Positions 58,691 to 64,000 of a stretch of 64,000 nucleotides of DNA are shown here, one piece after another. The stretch lies in NCBI RefSeq assembly GCF_009914755.1, contig NC_060925.1, one strand, 5' to 3'. How positions within the stretch are numbered: position 1 is the first letter of the stretch; every line of letters starts with the position of its first letter. The notes below the pieces were generated by a model that was not told the origin of the DNA, did no database searches, and worked only from the letters and a program-made list of their open reading frames with translations. The translations under genes and the position numbers were made by a program. The DNA is from the human T2T-CHM13v2.0 reference genome, Homo sapiens.

Positions 58691-61071
58691 ATAGCACATG
58701 TGTTATAGAAATAACTGCATATTGGAAATAGAATTGTTTCCAATTTTGGAAATTTTCTCCCAAACCCATGTCTCTTAAATATTGTCATCACTATATCAGG
58801 AAAGGAAGCAGATATATATCAAGGATCATGAGAAATGGTGGAAATAAATCAGAATTTTTCCTGTGTTTGTTAGTGATGAAACATTTAAAAGTCATTTTTA
58901 GTTCACACCTCATTACCTTGTTCACATTGCCTATTTTATTTTATTTTTTAAAGGGAGAGGTAGAAAATAAAATGCTGGTGCTTGCAACTCAGTCCTCTTC
59001 CTGCCTATCCTTCTCATTGGTGTACGAATTTTTTTTTCCAAATGAGTCAGACATTTGAGAGGACGTCAACATTGCTCTGAATAAAAGATGCTAGTATGCT
59101 ATCAAAAAAACCCAAAACAAAATAAACAAAATGTTGCTTGTCCTCTTTACATTTGAAGACATTTATTCACATAGCTCTCCTCAGGACATGGTGATGTGTG
59201 TTTCTCTTTAAATGGTCTCTTGACTGAACCTTATCATAAAATTTCCACAGTAACCAAGTGGATATAGTGATGAAAATTATTTCTTATGAACGAAGGAAGC
59301 ATTCACAGCATAAACATTTTTAGCAAGGTTGGTTTTATTTTACCTTATTAAAATATTCTCATAGGTTCCAGAATACTTTTTGTTTTCAGACCTTGAGATA
59401 TTGGGTTAGGATCGATTCCAAGGTGATTTTGCTGCCAGTTCATTTGCATTTATAATACCATAAAATTGAACAAATAAGAAAAGTCTGAACTAGAAAGTCA
59501 GTTACAAACTAAAGGAACACATTCTATTCTATTTTGCTGGCCAATTTATTCAAAGCAAAGAAAAACAAAACAAAGAAGTTTATAAAAAGTGCTCATTAAA
59601 TAAGTTTTGAATGGACATTTATAGAGAAGAGAAATAACCAAATAAATGGAAATTTTCTGGTATTTTGTTATATAGTAGTAGGCCTGCATTTAAATTGTTG
59701 CATGTAGGCCAATAGAGTGAAGATTATACAAAAATTGGGGCTTTTGCATTTTTTCTCTTAAATGATAGTATTCCTCATAGATATAGTAGTTGACAAGAGG
59801 AAAGATTGGATGATGGCATTTTATTTACTTCTAAAATATTTTGTTTCTATTCTATTGGTTTCTGCTGGCTCAAGAATAATATGCTTTATCGCATTAAAAA
59901 ACTATGTACTTGTGTGGAGGGAAGGGGGAGAAATATTTTTTGATAGCATACTATGGGATAGGCACTAACAGAAACAAAAGTGTAAGAGGTAAAATTATCC
60001 ATATTTTACTGACGAGAAAACAGAGATAGTTTGTACAAGTTATTAGTGCTTAGTTTATTTTTTATAAAATTTTATTTTACTTTTACCTTTCTATTATAAA
60101 GTAAAACACCAATACAGAAAACCACACAAGTCAGAGGCAAAGTTAGTGAATTTTTATAAGGCAAACACCCTAGTAACCAGATCAAGACACAGAACTGTAT
60201 CAGCCACCCCAGAAACACCTTCATGTGCCCCTCCCAATGTTAACCCCTTTCATCTCTTCAAAAGTAATCACTATCCTGACTTTGATACCAGTGACATCTC
60301 TGTTTTCCTTTAGGTTAAAACCCATGTGTGTAGCTCTAGAAATTACAGTTTAATTTTGCTCCTTTTAATCTTGATATGTCTGTTAAGTCTCTTTTAATTT
60401 AAATATTTCTCCTCTATCCTTTTGTTTTCCTTAGAATAAATCTGATTAAGAACCAACTCTATTTGACCTATAATGTTTCCAAATTCTGGATGTGCTGATT
60501 GCATGCTTATGATGGAGTTTATTATATTTTTCTTGCAAATATGTGTTTTATGCTAATCATCAGCTGAATCCGACGGCTCAATTAGACTCACGTATGATGA
60601 TTTGGGTAACATAAAAAGTGGTGTTGTATTATTTACTCAGGGAACGCAGAGTAACTGATGTTTACTTCTTTTTGGCGTCAGCAACCACTAATGGTCAAGG
60701 CCACCAGTATTTATGCAATGTTTCTGTGGTCATTTTGGTTGTCTGAAGCTCATTCTCTAGTTTATTCCTTAGGAAGTACTCAGAGGAATAATATTTCTTG
60801 AGGTCTTTCATGTGGATAATAGTTGTCTGTGCTTTTTATATTTGAAGATCAGCATTAACTGTATATAAAATCCATGGCTCACATTTTCTTTCCTTAAGTA
60901 CCTTAAATATGCTACTCTATTTTTTTTTTTCTGGCAGAAAGTGTTGCTGTTTAACAGTCTTGATAATTTAATTTCCTTTCCCTTATAATCATATATTTTT
61001 TTTTGCCTAGAAGACCAAAGATTTCTTTTTTACTCCTTAAAAAAGTTCAGTAATTTTACTAGAATAAGTTC

Positions 61072-64000
<2,929 letters not shown>

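Noticed and set aside
58469-58791. EGRK/PSFL low-complexity ORFs
   Set aside because: They are translations of the (TTCC)n microsatellite.

Overview
Primate (very probably human, 1q24) genomic DNA containing the 5' part of KIFAP3 (KAP3, the non-motor subunit of heterotrimeric kinesin-2) on the minus strand. It includes the CpG-island promoter (~46.0-46.8 kb) and coding exons 1-8, which splice in frame to give residues 1-280 (MQGEDARYLKRKVKGG...QEQLLR). Intron 7 is a U12-type AT-AC intron. The remainder is mostly interspersed repeats: three primate L1PA copies, older L1M pieces, about ten Alus, a MER4-group ERV, LTR8, LTR12 and MaLR LTRs, and DNA-transposon, L2, MIR and L3 relics. The most interesting hand-read signals are: (i) a second perfect U12 5' splice site, a candidate 37-nt mini-exon and a cluster of U2 donors inside the U12 intron; (ii) a candidate upstream first exon at ~57 kb with a CRE/RFX/GC-box promoter and a strong-Kozak ATG in frame with exon 2, giving a new 25-aa N-terminus; (iii) an ERV that looks like an L1-retrotransposed polyadenylated RNA fused to an Alu monomer; (iv) an L1 carrying a short 3' transduction. 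Repeat subfamily names are from memory of consensus sequences, not from a search.
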